Source of the DNA: Firmicutes bacterium UBA6811
GTDB lineage: Bacteria; Bacillota; SHA-98; UBA4971
Assembly: GCA_002452295.1 (NCBI GenBank)
Contig: DKEX01000092.1
Location: 37-64,036, forward strand
Length of the DNA stretch: 64,000 bases
Direction of reading: 5' to 3'
Position numbers and translations under genes: made by a program. This document shows, piece by piece, positions 28,286 through 37,519 of the stretch. Positions within the stretch are counted from its first letter, which is position 1, and the number at the start of each line of letters is the position of its first letter. The notes beneath the pieces were generated by a model that did no database searches, was not told the DNA's origin, and was given only the letters and a program-made list of their open reading frames with translations.

Positions 28286-29584
28286 TCATCCTGCACCACT
28301 TGCCACAGCCCCTCCCCTGGCGGCCGAGAGGCCCGCCACGTACCCCGTGGAGAATGCTGCCTGGAGGTTGAACCCGCCCGTTGTGCCGTCCACGTCCATG
28401 ACCTCGCCGGCGAAATACACGCCCGGCGCAAGCCTTGACTCCATCGTGCGCGGATCGATCTCCTCCACGCTCACCCCTCCCGCGGTGACCATGCCTTCCT
28501 CCACAGGTCGAGTCGCCCTCACGGTCAGGGCAAGGCTCTTGATGACTCTTCCCAGCGCGAGCCTCTCCTCCCGGGTCACCTGCGAAACCAGCCGGGCATC
28601 GGGTATGCCCGCCTCGCGGACCACGATGGATATGAGCCTTGCCGGCACAAGCTCCATAAGGGAGTTAGGCACCCGCCGGCGGAAGTGCCGGTCAAAGGCC
28701 TGCCGTATCTCCTCATCCACCCCTGCTGTGGTGAGTGCCGGCTTGAGGTCCACGACGAGCCTTGCCGGGCCCCTGCCGCGCGCGAGGGCGAGGGCGATCT
28801 CCCGCGACAGGGCGAGGATCACAGGGCCGGACACGCCAAAGTGCGTGAACAGCATCTCCCCGAACCCCGTCTCCACCTTCCGCCCGGCCACGAACGACGT
28901 CACGGTCACGCCTTGCAGCGCGAGGCCGGCAAGCCCGGGCACCCACGGCTCCCGAGTCTCCAGGGGCACCAGGGACGCCCTCGGTTCCACTATCGTGTGG
29001 CCGATCTCGGCAGCCATACGGTAGCCGTTGCCGGTACACCCCGTCATTGGATATGTTATCCCGCCGGTTGCGATTATCGCCGCATCGCACGAGACGAGCC
29101 CCGGCGCCATCGGAACCCTGCCGGCGATCACCCCGCGCACCTCGCCATCCCTGACGAGGATGCGCTCGGCCTTCCAGACGCACCTCGTCTCGACCCCCTT
29201 TTTCCTGGCATGGGTGGTGAGAGCGGTGAGCACGTCCCTGCCGATCCCCGAGAACGGGAACACCCTGCCATCACTATCAACCCTGCTCCCAACGCCAAGG
29301 CTGCCGAAGAAGTCCCTCAGCCTTGCGGAGTCGAGCGTGGATAACGCTGAATACAGGAACCTGCCGTTCCCGAGCATCCCGGCCACGAGACCGTCGACAT
29401 CGGTATCGTGCGTGAAATTGCACCTGCCCCCTCCGGTCAGAAGGAGCTTGCGCCCGACCTCGGGATTGCGTTCGAGGAGGATGACCCTCGCCCCGCTCGC
29501 GGCCGCCGTGGCGGCGGCCATGAGGCCGGCGGGCCCACCCCCCATCACGATCACGCGCCGTCCCCGGCGAGGCTCTCGCCTCAA
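28286..29584 (-). CDS. NAD(P)/FAD-dependent oxidoreductase, HI0933/BaiN family
   Basis: VIVMGGGPAGLMAAATAA...LLLTGGGRCNFTH at the N-terminus and C-terminal GVYFAGEVMDVDGTTGGFNLQAAFSTG. Confidence 0.85.
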   Translation of the reverse strand: MRREPRRGRRVIVMGGGPAGLMAAATAAASGARVILLERNPEVGRKLLLTGGGRCNFTHDTDVDGLVAGMLGNGRFLYSALSTLDSARLRDFFGSLGVGSRVDSDGRVFPFSGIGRDVLTALTTHARKKGVETRCVWKAERILVRDGEVRGVIAGRVPMAPGLVSCDAAIIATGGITYPMTGCTGNGYRMAAEIGHTIVEPRASLVPLETREPWVPGLAGLALQGVTVTSFVAGRKVETGFGEMLFTHFGVSGPVILALSREIALALARGRGPARLVVDLKPALTTAGVDEEIRQAFDRHFRRRVPNSLMELVPARLISIVVREAGIPDARLVSQVTREERLALGRVIKSLALTVRATRPVEEGMVTAGGVSVEEIDPRTMESRLAPGVYFAGEVMDVDGTTGGFNLQAAFSTGYVAGLSAARGGAVASGAG

Positions 29585-29690
29585 CTCCTCGCCACCCTCG
29601 CACCTTGCATGGAATAACCGGGTCGCTACAGGCCCGGTGGCACATGGGAAGCTATTCTCTACGAGCCGTCAATATCCTGCCGGCCCGGCG

Positions 29691-30494
29691 TCAGCGTCTT
29701 GCACCTGCGTCCAGGTTCGCGTTCCCGTCCACCTCATCCCTCCGCCGCACCGGACGCGATGCCTTTCGGGCGCGGGCCTTCGCAGCAAGCTCCCGCACCC
29801 ATCGGGTCTCCCCATCTGACAGGTGTCTCCAGGCTCCAGACGGAAGGCCCCCCAGAACGAGCCTGCCAAGGCGCGTCCTCCTCAGGTGAACCACAGGGTG
29901 GCCCACGGCTTCGAGCATGTACCTGACCTCCCGCTTTCTGCCCTCGTGGATCTCCACCTCCAGCACAGCGGATATACCGTCGCTCCTTGCGACCCTGACC
30001 TTCGCCGGCGCCGTGACCACATCGCCAAGCCTCACGCCTCGCCGGAGCGCCTCGAGTTCTCGCTCGCCAGGCACCCCTTCCACCCTGGCCACGTATGTCT
30101 TCGGCACCTCGAACCTGGGATGGGTCAGGGCGTACGCCGCGTCGCCGTCGTTTGTGAGAAGGAGGAGCCCTTCGGTGCCGAAGTCAAGCCTGCCCACAGG
30201 AAACAGCCTCCGGCCTGCAGATGGAACGAGGTCCAGCACGGTGGGGCGCCCTTGCGGGTCGCGGGTGGTGGAAAGATAGCCAGCGGGTTTGTTGAGAAGC
30301 AAGTACACCTTCCTGTCATCGACGGCGATGGGCTTTCCGTCGACTCTGACTTCGGCGCGTGCGGGGTCCACCCCCGCCCCGGGCTCGCGCACGACCACGC
30401 CGTCAACCTCCACCCGGCCTTCCCGGATGATGTCGGCGCTGCGCCTCCTGGAGGCGACACCCGCGTCAGCAAGCACCTTCTGCAGTCGTTCCAT
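29691..30494 (-). CDS. rluB: Pseudouridine synthase (RsuA/RluB family)
   Basis: S4 domain MERLQKVLADAGVASRRRSADIIREGRV and the catalytic PVGRLDFGTEGLLLLTNDG motif. Confidence 0.85.
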   Translation of the reverse strand: MERLQKVLADAGVASRRRSADIIREGRVEVDGVVVREPGAGVDPARAEVRVDGKPIAVDDRKVYLLLNKPAGYLSTTRDPQGRPTVLDLVPSAGRRLFPVGRLDFGTEGLLLLTNDGDAAYALTHPRFEVPKTYVARVEGVPGERELEALRRGVRLGDVVTAPAKVRVARSDGISAVLEVEIHEGRKREVRYMLEAVGHPVVHLRRTRLGRLVLGGLPSGAWRHLSDGETRWVRELAAKARARKASRPVRRRDEVDGNANLDAGARR

Positions 30495-30515
30495 TCCAAA
30501 ACCACCGGCTCCGCG

Positions 30516-31166
30516 CTACCTCGTCTTCTTGAGCCTGTCCAGGCTCTCGGTGGAGCCGAGGATCACGAGTACGTCGCCCTCGCGCACCCTGTCGTCGGCG
30601 CCCGGCGAGACCTTCACCTGGTTGCCGGAGCGAATGGCGACCACGTTGGCGCCGTAATGGGCCCGGAGGTTGAGATCCCTCAGGGTCTTGTCGGCGAACT
30701 CCTCGGTGGCCACGATCTCCGCCACGCCGTAGTCCGGGGAGAGCTCAATGTATTCGAGGATGTTGGACGACCCGAGGCTGTTGGCCAGCCTGACCCCCAT
30801 GTCCCGTTCGGGGTAAACCACCCGGTCCACGCCCAGCTTCTCCAGGAGTTTGCCGTGCAGCTCGTCGGTGGCCTTGGCGACCACGTACGCAACCCCGATC
30901 TCCTTCAGTATCATGCATGCAAGGATGCTCGACCTGATGTCCTGCCCGACGGTGACTATGGCCACATCCACGTTGCGGATGCCGAGGGCCCGCAGCGCCT
31001 CTTCGTCTGTGGCATCCGCCTGCACCGCATGGGTAACATCGTCGGCGACATGCTGGACCTTGTCAGGGTCGAGGTCGATGGCGACGACCTCGTGGCCCAT
31101 CTTCGTGAGAGTGCGGGCCACGCTGGTGCCGAACTTCCCGAGCCCGACCACCGCAAACTGGCGCAT
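30516..31166 (-). CDS. ktrA: Potassium uptake regulatory subunit (TrkA-N/TrkA-C; KtrA-like)
   Basis: MRQFAVVGLGKFGTSVARTL Rossmann N-terminus with a C-terminal RCK_C domain. ATG at 31166 has GGAG 9 nt upstream (alternative start 31175). Confidence 0.85.
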   Translation of the reverse strand: MRQFAVVGLGKFGTSVARTLTKMGHEVVAIDLDPDKVQHVADDVTHAVQADATDEEALRALGIRNVDVAIVTVGQDIRSSILACMILKEIGVAYVVAKATDELHGKLLEKLGVDRVVYPERDMGVRLANSLGSSNILEYIELSPDYGVAEIVATEEFADKTLRDLNLRAHYGANVVAIRSGNQVKVSPGADDRVREGDVLVILGSTESLDRLKKTR

Positions 31167-31276
31167 CGTTATCATCTCCGTCCCGGCTGTACAGCAGTCG
31201 GCGGGCCGACGAGGCGCGCAAAACAACAGGGCGCCGTCCCGCCCTCCGCCAGAAAGCGCCTGCTCTGCTCAGGACG

Positions 31277-31305
31277 ATCTTACAGCACAACGGGGGAGAA
31301 TGCAA
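31277..31305 (-). promoter_or_regulatory. Candidate sigma-A promoter upstream of the ktrA-like gene
   Basis: Minus-strand TTGCAT-N17-TAAGAT. The ~100-nt leader contains the hairpin AGGGCG-GGACGG-CGCCCT followed by GTTGTTTT. Confidence 0.4.
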
Positions 31306-31502
31306 CCTTGGGAAGGGTTGCCTGAAGAGTGCCCCACCCTGGGGAGGGTGAGAACAGCGTGTGGGAATGACGGGCACGGAAGGCGGCACGTGGAGGTCCC
31401 GGCCCTGGATTGGTCGCGCCTCCGGCCTCCGGCCCCAGCGCCGGTGCCGGTGCCGGTGCCACGCAAGATGCCCCGGTCATCACTGGGCGCGAGGCGTCGA
31501 CG

Positions 31503-31967
31503 TCACTGGGCGCCGCCCTGGACGTTGGGCCTCTGGGCCTGCGCCTCCTGCGCCGGGGACCCCTGGCGCTTCCTGCCGGACATCTGGCCGAGGAGCTGTG
31601 GCACGACATCGATGAGCCTGTCTATTATGGCCCCCCCGTCCACCGGCAGCGCGCGGATCTGCCCCTGGCCCACCACAAGGAACGCCACGGGCTGCACAGT
31701 TATCCCTGCTCCGGCGCCACCGCCGAAGGGGAGTTCCCCCGCCCCGCTGCTCGCCGCCCCGTGCTGCGCCTGCCCGGCGGCCTGATCACCTGATCCAGGA
31801 AACTCGCTGCCGCCTGCGGCGAACCCGAACGTAACGCGGGACACGGGGAGGATGACTGTCCCATCAGGGGTCTCCACCGGGTCCCCCAGGATGGTGTTGA
31901 CGTCCACCATCTCCTTGATGCTGTCCATGGTGGTCTTCATGAGTGCTTCTATCGGGTGGTCGGGCAT
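31503..31967 (-). CDS. ytfJ: Sporulation protein YtfJ (GerW family)
   Basis: IEALMKTTMDSIKEMVDVNTILGDPVETPDGTVILPVSRVTFGFAAGGSEF. Confidence 0.8.
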   Translation of the reverse strand: MPDHPIEALMKTTMDSIKEMVDVNTILGDPVETPDGTVILPVSRVTFGFAAGGSEFPGSGDQAAGQAQHGAASSGAGELPFGGGAGAGITVQPVAFLVVGQGQIRALPVDGGAIIDRLIDVVPQLLGQMSGRKRQGSPAQEAQAQRPNVQGGAQ

Positions 31968-32674
31968 GACATGCGTCGCCTCCTCCGCTTCACCCGGATG
32001 CCCCGGAGGATAATATAACCTGGGGTCAGAGCCACTATGCAGTCCACGGAGGCGTCGAGACCCGCGCGGTCGTAGCGTGGCACAATGTTGATGTCAGGCT
32101 TTCCCCGCAAAAACCGCAGTGGCACGGGGGAGGCGGCCAGCCCCGTGTTTATGAGCGCGTACGCAAGCCCAACCCCGATAGCGGTCGTCGCGGCCTCGCC
32201 GGACCCCAGCGCCACGCGGACCCGGAGCCTGTGGACGTCGAGGCCTGTTGATTTCAGGACGGCATAGAAGAAGCTCGCGATGCGCCGGCTGCCCCGGCGG
32301 CGACAGTCGGGGGACCGGCCCTTCCCGTCTCCCTGTGCGACGCCGTCATCAGGGCCCCCGAGGCGTTTCACCATGGACCTGGCGCGCGATATCCACGTCG
32401 AAATGACGACGGCGCCGTCCTCGTGGGCGTCAGGGCCACCGCCGGCTGCCGGAGCGGTCGCCGCCGGGCGGCCGCGCTCCTCCCCCGGGCGCGGAGGCAC
32501 CTTGCGGTATACCGGAATCCACACAAGCCCCGACAGCACGCCCACCCATACCCGAACGGTGCTTTTCCCGCGCGCCCTGGTAAAGCGCACCGACACCTTC
32601 AGGGGCAGCATGATGATGACGAGAAGAGCCGCCACAACGCTGAAGATGACGGCGACGACAACACCCCATCGCAA
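31949..32674 (-). CDS. DUF2953 protein (YtfI-like)
   Basis: N-terminal TM segment. Sits directly upstream of ytfJ and overlaps it by 19 nt, as ytfI does. C-terminal pattern PRYDRAGLDASVDCIVALTPGYIIL. Confidence 0.7.
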   Translation of the reverse strand: MRWGVVVAVIFSVVAALLVIIMLPLKVSVRFTRARGKSTVRVWVGVLSGLVWIPVYRKVPPRPGEERGRPAATAPAAGGGPDAHEDGAVVISTWISRARSMVKRLGGPDDGVAQGDGKGRSPDCRRRGSRRIASFFYAVLKSTGLDVHRLRVRVALGSGEAATTAIGVGLAYALINTGLAASPVPLRFLRGKPDINIVPRYDRAGLDASVDCIVALTPGYIILRGIRVKRRRRRMSCPTTR

Positions 32675-32736
32675 CTTCGTCGCCTCCGCACGCAGGGCGA
32701 AAGGCCCGGACGTTCCAGGATCGCTCGTTCACAGTA

Positions 32737-33339
32737 TTATCCCCGCGCCGGCATCGTGATATCCCTGCGGCGGGATGAGGCAGGCCGGGGCACGGCGCTG
32801 CTACGCAGCCCGAAGCCCGGCAGGGTCGCTTCGTCGCCTTCGATCGGGGGAAGATCGTCGAGGGACGAAAGGCCAAACCAGCGAAGAAACTCCGGGGTCG
32901 TCCCGTAGAGGACGGGCCGTCCGGGTGCCTTTTTCCGGCCCACAGGCCGCACGAGCCCGCGCTCCATCAGGGTACCAAGCACGCCGTCCACCCTGACTCC
33001 CCGGATCATCTCAAGCTCGGCCCGGGTGACAGGCTGCCTGTAGGCTATCATGGCAACTGTTTCCAGCGCGGCCCTGGACAGAGCCTGCCTGGTCCCGACG
33101 CTGAGCCTTGCTATGTAGTCGGCATGCTCCGGCCGCGTCGCCATCTGGTAACCGCCTGCGACGAAGACGATCTGCATGCCGCGGCCTTCCCGGCCGTATT
33201 CGCGCCGGAGATCGTCTATAACGGCATCGACGGTTCTCGGGTCGACGCCGAGGATCTCCCCCATCTCCCGGGCGGAAACAGGATGAGGCGACGCGAATAC
33301 CATCGCCTCGATGGCGGCCCTGGCCTCCCTATACTCCAT
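32737..33339 (-). CDS. scpB: Segregation and condensation protein B
   Basis: AAIEAMVFASPHPVSAREMGEILG...GGYQMATRPE...ALETVAMIAYRQPVTRAELE.IRGV. ATG at 33339 overlaps the scpA stop by 11 nt. Confidence 0.85.
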   Translation of the reverse strand: MEYREARAAIEAMVFASPHPVSAREMGEILGVDPRTVDAVIDDLRREYGREGRGMQIVFVAGGYQMATRPEHADYIARLSVGTRQALSRAALETVAMIAYRQPVTRAELEMIRGVRVDGVLGTLMERGLVRPVGRKKAPGRPVLYGTTPEFLRWFGLSSLDDLPPIEGDEATLPGFGLRSSAVPRPASSRRRDITMPARG

Positions 33340-34147
33340 CGTTCGGCCCCCCGGCCCCGCCGGGCGCGGGCGCAGGCAATATGAGTATCTCGCCGAAATG
33401 GGAGTCCTGACGCACCACTGCCATGGCGAGCCTGATAAGCTCCAGGAGCGCCAGGAACACGGCAATCACCTCAGAGCGGGTGATGACCTGGCCGCCGAAA
33501 AGCTCACGGAACATGATCTTGCCCTTCTGCCGGAGGCGCGTGAGGATGCCATCCATCTTCTCCTCGATGGAGAGATCGTCGGCCGGGAATTCGGTGAACT
33601 CCTCCCCGGGAATGCCCTCGAGAATCCTCCGAAGGGCCATGATGAGGTCAGAGAGGCCAACTCCCTCCGAAGGGGGGGACGCGCTCCCGGCTCCGGGGGG
33701 CGGGGAGTTTCGCAGATAGATCACGCGCCACGCTTCATCCCGCCTGGCAAGCTCCTCCACGGCCTCCTTGAAGATGCGGTACTCCATGAGATGGGCGATG
33801 AGCGCCCTGCTGCCGTCGCCTTCGTCGTCTCCGTCGTCGCTCTCGCCCCCGCCCTCACCCTCGGAGTCGCATTCGCCGGACGCGACCTGCTGGGCACTAT
33901 CGGCCTCTCCCTCCGGCGGCAGAAGGGCTTTCGCCTTGGCGGCCACAAGGGCGCCTGCGGCGGCCAGAAACCGGCCCACCTCGTCGAGGCCGGGCTTTCC
34001 GGCGCCGAGGTCAAGCTCCTCGAAGCAGGCCCGGATCGCGTCGTAGGCGGAGATGGAGAGAGCATCGACGTCGCCCCTCTCAACCGCCCTCGCGAGGTCC
34101 TCGAGCGTGCCGGAGAAACCTGAGACGTTCGCCGGAACCCCTGTCAA
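33329..34147 (-). CDS. scpA: Segregation and condensation protein A
   Basis: Sits upstream of scpB. Kleisin-like C-terminus VIAVFLALLELIRLAMAVVRQ. Contains an acidic insert. Confidence 0.8.
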   Translation of the reverse strand: MTGVPANVSGFSGTLEDLARAVERGDVDALSISAYDAIRACFEELDLGAGKPGLDEVGRFLAAAGALVAAKAKALLPPEGEADSAQQVASGECDSEGEGGGESDDGDDEGDGSRALIAHLMEYRIFKEAVEELARRDEAWRVIYLRNSPPPGAGSASPPSEGVGLSDLIMALRRILEGIPGEEFTEFPADDLSIEEKMDGILTRLRQKGKIMFRELFGGQVITRSEVIAVFLALLELIRLAMAVVRQDSHFGEILILPAPAPGGAGGPNDGV

Positions 34148-35130
34148 ATCCGCATCGCCTTCCTGACTTCCTCCAGGGTGGCTTCGGCCATGACCCTTGC
34201 GCGCCTCGCCCCGTCGGCAAGGATGTCATCGACGAGCCCGGGATCTCTCTCCAGGGCTCTCCTGCGCTCCCTGATGGGCTCGAGGAACTCGTTGACCGCA
34301 GCGGCAAGCCGCTTCTTGCAGTCAACGCACCCGATGCCCGCGCTTGCGCACTCCCTCGTTATATCGTCGAGCATGGTCCTGGAGAACACCCTGTGGAGCG
34401 CGTGCACGGAACAAACCTCGGGGTGGCCGGGGTCGCTGCGGCGGATCCTGGCCGGGTCTGTGATCATGTTCGCTATCGCGGCGCGCGCCTCGTCGGGGCC
34501 CGCCGACATCTGGATGACGTTATCATAGCTCTTGCTCATCTTCCGCCCGTCGGTGCCCGGAAGGAGCACAACCTCGTTCAGCTTCGCCTGGGGCTCAGGG
34601 AAGACCGGGCCGTACAGGAAGTTGAAGCGCCTTGCTATCTCCCTGGTAAGCTCGAGGTGGGGCAACTGGTCCTCCCCGACTGGCACGGCGTCGGCCTTGT
34701 ACACCAGGATGTCGGCGGCCATGAGCACGGGGTAGCCCAGGAACCCGTGGGTCGTTATCTCACGGCCCTCGAGCTCGCGAAGCTGTTCCTTGTACGTGGG
34801 GCAGCGCTCGAGCCACGAGATGGGCGTGATCATGGAGAACAGAAGGCAGAGCTCTGCGTGTTGCTTGACATCGGATTGCCGCATCACGACGCTCTTCTTC
34901 GAGTCGATCCCGGCCGAGAGGTAGTCGATCACAAGCTCCCTGGTGTTGGCCCGAATCTCGCTGGTATCTTCGTACGCCGTGGTCAGCGCGTGCCAGTCCA
35001 CGACCCCGAAAACGCACTCGTAATCATCCTGCAGCCTGACCCAGTTTATGAGCGCCCCGAAAAGGTTACCCAGGTGCAGCTTCCCTGTGGGCCGCATGCC
35101 GCTGAAGATCCTCGGTTTTGCCATACTCAC
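34144..35130 (-). CDS. trpS: Tryptophan--tRNA ligase
   Basis: IFSGMRPTGKLHLGNLFGAL (HIGH region) and KMSKS at GRKMSKSYDN. Confidence 0.9.
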   Translation of the reverse strand: MSMAKPRIFSGMRPTGKLHLGNLFGALINWVRLQDDYECVFGVVDWHALTTAYEDTSEIRANTRELVIDYLSAGIDSKKSVVMRQSDVKQHAELCLLFSMITPISWLERCPTYKEQLRELEGREITTHGFLGYPVLMAADILVYKADAVPVGEDQLPHLELTREIARRFNFLYGPVFPEPQAKLNEVVLLPGTDGRKMSKSYDNVIQMSAGPDEARAAIANMITDPARIRRSDPGHPEVCSVHALHRVFSRTMLDDITRECASAGIGCVDCKKRLAAAVNEFLEPIRERRRALERDPGLVDDILADGARRARVMAEATLEEVRKAMRI

Positions 35131-35248
35131 ATCCCCCCGGTGGCCCCTGACAGGCCGCCGTCAGACGGCCCTGTGCGCAGCAAACATAGCATGGCCGGAC
35201 TCGATCAATGTCAACCTGAACCGCAACGAACCCGCTGACGTCCGCCTT

Positions 35249-35854
35249 CTAGAACAGCCTCTGCCCAATCACCAGCAACGCGAGCAGGTTCATGATGGGC
35301 AAGATAATCACCCTCGTCGCGCCGCTGAAGACCAGCAGCAGCAGGATAAAGGACCCGTACGACTCGATCTGGTGGTAGACGTAGAGGTTCCTGCCCCGCA
35401 AAACCCCCAGCAGCAACCTGGACCCATCCAGCGGCGGGATGGGTATCAGGTTGAAGGCCGCAAGGCCCAGGTTTATGATGAGGCCCGACACGACGAGGCG
35501 GCCCAGGGTATACGGCATCGGGATCCCCAGCCTCAATGGGAGCCCCAACAGAAAAGCGAGGGCGAGGTTGGCGAGCGGCCCTGCCACCCCCACCAGCATC
35601 ATCCCCCGCCTCCAGTCCTTGAAGTAGGCCGGGTTTATCGGCACAGGCTTGGCCCACCCGAACCTCTGCGTGAGGATCAGGGTGAGGGTGCCGAACACGT
35701 CCAGATGGGCAATGGGGTTCAGCGTGAGCCTTCCCTGCCACCTGGCTGTCGGGTCACCGAGCGCGTTCGCCACAGCAGCGTGCGCGTACTCGTGCACGGT
35801 CAGAGACAGGAGTATGATGGGCAGCGCTATCAGAATCGAAGCGAGGTCTGGCAT
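35249..35854 (-). CDS. Site-2 protease family (peptidase M50) membrane protein
   Basis: HEYAHAAVA zinc motif and NPIAHLD. Multi-TM protein. Confidence 0.8.
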   Translation of the reverse strand: MPDLASILIALPIILLSLTVHEYAHAAVANALGDPTARWQGRLTLNPIAHLDVFGTLTLILTQRFGWAKPVPINPAYFKDWRRGMMLVGVAGPLANLALAFLLGLPLRLGIPMPYTLGRLVVSGLIINLGLAAFNLIPIPPLDGSRLLLGVLRGRNLYVYHQIESYGSFILLLLVFSGATRVIILPIMNLLALLVIGQRLF

Positions 35855-35934
35855 CTATTTCCCTCCGCACGTCTTATACTCCGGCCGTCCGCCTTTTCCT
35901 GCCGCGCCCCGCTCCGACCAACCCTGCGCGCCGC

Positions 35935-37284
35935 TCAGGCGGTGCCGGCGCACGACGAGGCGTCCTGGACGATCTCGAGCCTGGCCGGGATGCGGTCGCG
36001 GGCGGCCACGTCCTGGTAGGTCTCCCTCACAACGACCACGTCTGCCATGCCGGACCTTGCGAAGACCACGGCCGGCCTGGGGTACCTGTTGTAGTTGCTT
36101 GACATGGAATAGTTGTACGCTCCCGTGCTGAGCACGGCAAGGAGGTCTCCCGGCTCGGCGCGCGGAAGGCGGATGTCCCATACGAGCATGTCACCGGACT
36201 CGCAGTGTCTGCCCGCGATGGACACCACTTCCTCGGCAGGCACGGACGCCCTCGTCGCCACCACGGCCTCGTAGGATGCGTGGTAAAGCGCCACCCTGGG
36301 GTTGTCGGCAAGCCCGCCGTCCACGGCCACGTACTTTCGGACGCCCGGGATCTCCTTGACAGCGCCGACGGTGTAAAGGGTCGTACCGGCCTCGCCCACG
36401 ATGTATCGCCCGGGCTCCACCATGAGGCGGGGCGGCTCGAGCCCGTGGGCAAGGCACTTCTCCCGGATGACCTTCGAAACCACTGAAGCATACTTCGTAA
36501 GCGGAACTCTCTCGTCGCCCGCCCTGTACCTGATCCCGAGCCCGCCCCCGAGGTTCACCTCGCGGACGGCATGGTCCGTCGCCCGCCTGACCTCGGCGGC
36601 GAAGTCCATGACGACCGCTGCCGCCATGCCGAAAGGCTCCACGGCAAGTATCTGGGAGCCGATATGACAGTGCAGGCCCTCGAGCACGAGAAGCTCGCTT
36701 GCAAGCACCCTTCTCACCGCCGCCATGGCCTGCCCGCTCGCGATCCCCATGCCGAACTTGGAGTCGAGCTGCCCGGTGCGGATATACTCGTGGGTGTGCG
36801 CCTCGATGCCGGGGGTAAGACGAATCTGGACGTGCACCGTCCTTCGGAACCTCTCTGCCGTCTCCTCCAGGAGATCCAGCTCGCGGAGGTTATCCACGAC
36901 GAACCTCAATACCCCCGCCCGGACGCCCATCTCCACCTCCTCGATGGACTTGTTGCTCCCGTGAAAAAGAATGCGCCCGGGGGGAAACCCCGCCTGAAGC
37001 GCGGTGTACAGCTCGCCGCCTGACGCGACGTCGAGCCCGAGGCCCTCCTGGTGCACCAGCCTGCACATGGCAAGCGTCGAGAAGGCCTTGCTCGCGTACG
37101 CAACGAAGGTGTCGGGATAAGCGCGGGAGAGCGCCCCCGCCATCTCCCGGCACCTTGCCCGGATCTCCTCCTCGTCCATGATGTAAAGCGGGGTGCCGAA
37201 GTCCCTTGCGAGGCGGTCGCAAGTGCACCCTCCGATCTCGAGCCTCCCGTCGCCGGTGACCCTCATAGTTCCACGAAGATCCAC
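35935..37284 (-). CDS. lysA: Diaminopimelate decarboxylase
   Basis: YASKAFSTLAMCRLVHQEGLGLDVASGGE (PLP-lysine region), GLHCHIGSQ and CESGD motifs. Start set at GTG 37284, just after GGAGGG. The ATG at 37302 abuts a T-tract and has no RBS. Confidence 0.9.
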   Translation of the reverse strand: MDLRGTMRVTGDGRLEIGGCTCDRLARDFGTPLYIMDEEEIRARCREMAGALSRAYPDTFVAYASKAFSTLAMCRLVHQEGLGLDVASGGELYTALQAGFPPGRILFHGSNKSIEEVEMGVRAGVLRFVVDNLRELDLLEETAERFRRTVHVQIRLTPGIEAHTHEYIRTGQLDSKFGMGIASGQAMAAVRRVLASELLVLEGLHCHIGSQILAVEPFGMAAAVVMDFAAEVRRATDHAVREVNLGGGLGIRYRAGDERVPLTKYASVVSKVIREKCLAHGLEPPRLMVEPGRYIVGEAGTTLYTVGAVKEIPGVRKYVAVDGGLADNPRVALYHASYEAVVATRASVPAEEVVSIAGRHCESGDMLVWDIRLPRAEPGDLLAVLSTGAYNYSMSSNYNRYPRPAVVFARSGMADVVVVRETYQDVAARDRIPARLEIVQDASSCAGTA

Positions 37285-37304
37285 TAGACCCTCCGCTCCC
37301 ATTC

Positions 37305-37333
37305 AAAAAGCCGACGGGCTTTAGCCCATCAGC
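37305..37333 (-). terminator. Hairpin plus U5 immediately upstream of the lysA RBS (terminator or attenuator)
   Basis: Minus-strand GCUGAUGGGC-UAAA-GCCCGUCGGC (10 bp including 2 G-U pairs) followed by UUUUU. Confidence 0.5.
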
Positions 37334-37411
37334 CGCATCCCGCCGCTTCCACCTGCTTCTTCGCCTGGCGCTGCGTAGTTACGGCCCGGCCCGGCCACCG
37401 TGGTTTTCTCC

Positions 37412-37441
37412 ATAATAGCACGCAGGTTGCAGGCGGGTCAA
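37412..37441 (-). promoter_or_regulatory. Candidate sigma-A promoter in the lysA upstream region
   Basis: Minus-strand TTGACC-N18-TATTAT, ~75 nt upstream of the hairpin at 37305..37333. Confidence 0.4.
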
Positions 37442-37519
37442 GAAAGCACCCTGCAAGCGCTCCGCCCATGATGCAAGATTATTCCCGGAAGGCCCGTCCT
37501 GTGCCGGGGAAGCCCGGTT

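Noticed and set aside
31167-31305. Expected a c-di-AMP (ydaO-yuaA) riboswitch upstream of the ktrA-like gene
   Set aside because: The leader is only about 100 nt. It lacks the conserved ACGGGGA...CCCGAACCCG...CTAACCTCGTAAGCG type blocks. Only a promoter-like element and one hairpin are present.
31440-31460. GCCGGT hexanucleotide repeated three times (microsatellite)
   Set aside because: It is very short, sits in non-coding DNA downstream of ytfJ, and has no spacer structure. It is not a CRISPR array or other organised repeat.
35131-35248. Expected a T-box leader upstream of trpS
   Set aside because: The gap to the preceding gene is 118 nt, too short for a T-box (at least ~180 nt). No AANNNGGGTGGNACCGCG-like T-box sequence is present on the minus strand.
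37285-37441. L-box lysine riboswitch upstream of lysA
   Set aside because: No AGAGGNGC...GCCGAAG...CTGG...TGTCA motifs are present and the leader is too short. It is reported only as an unexplained promoter-hairpin arrangement.
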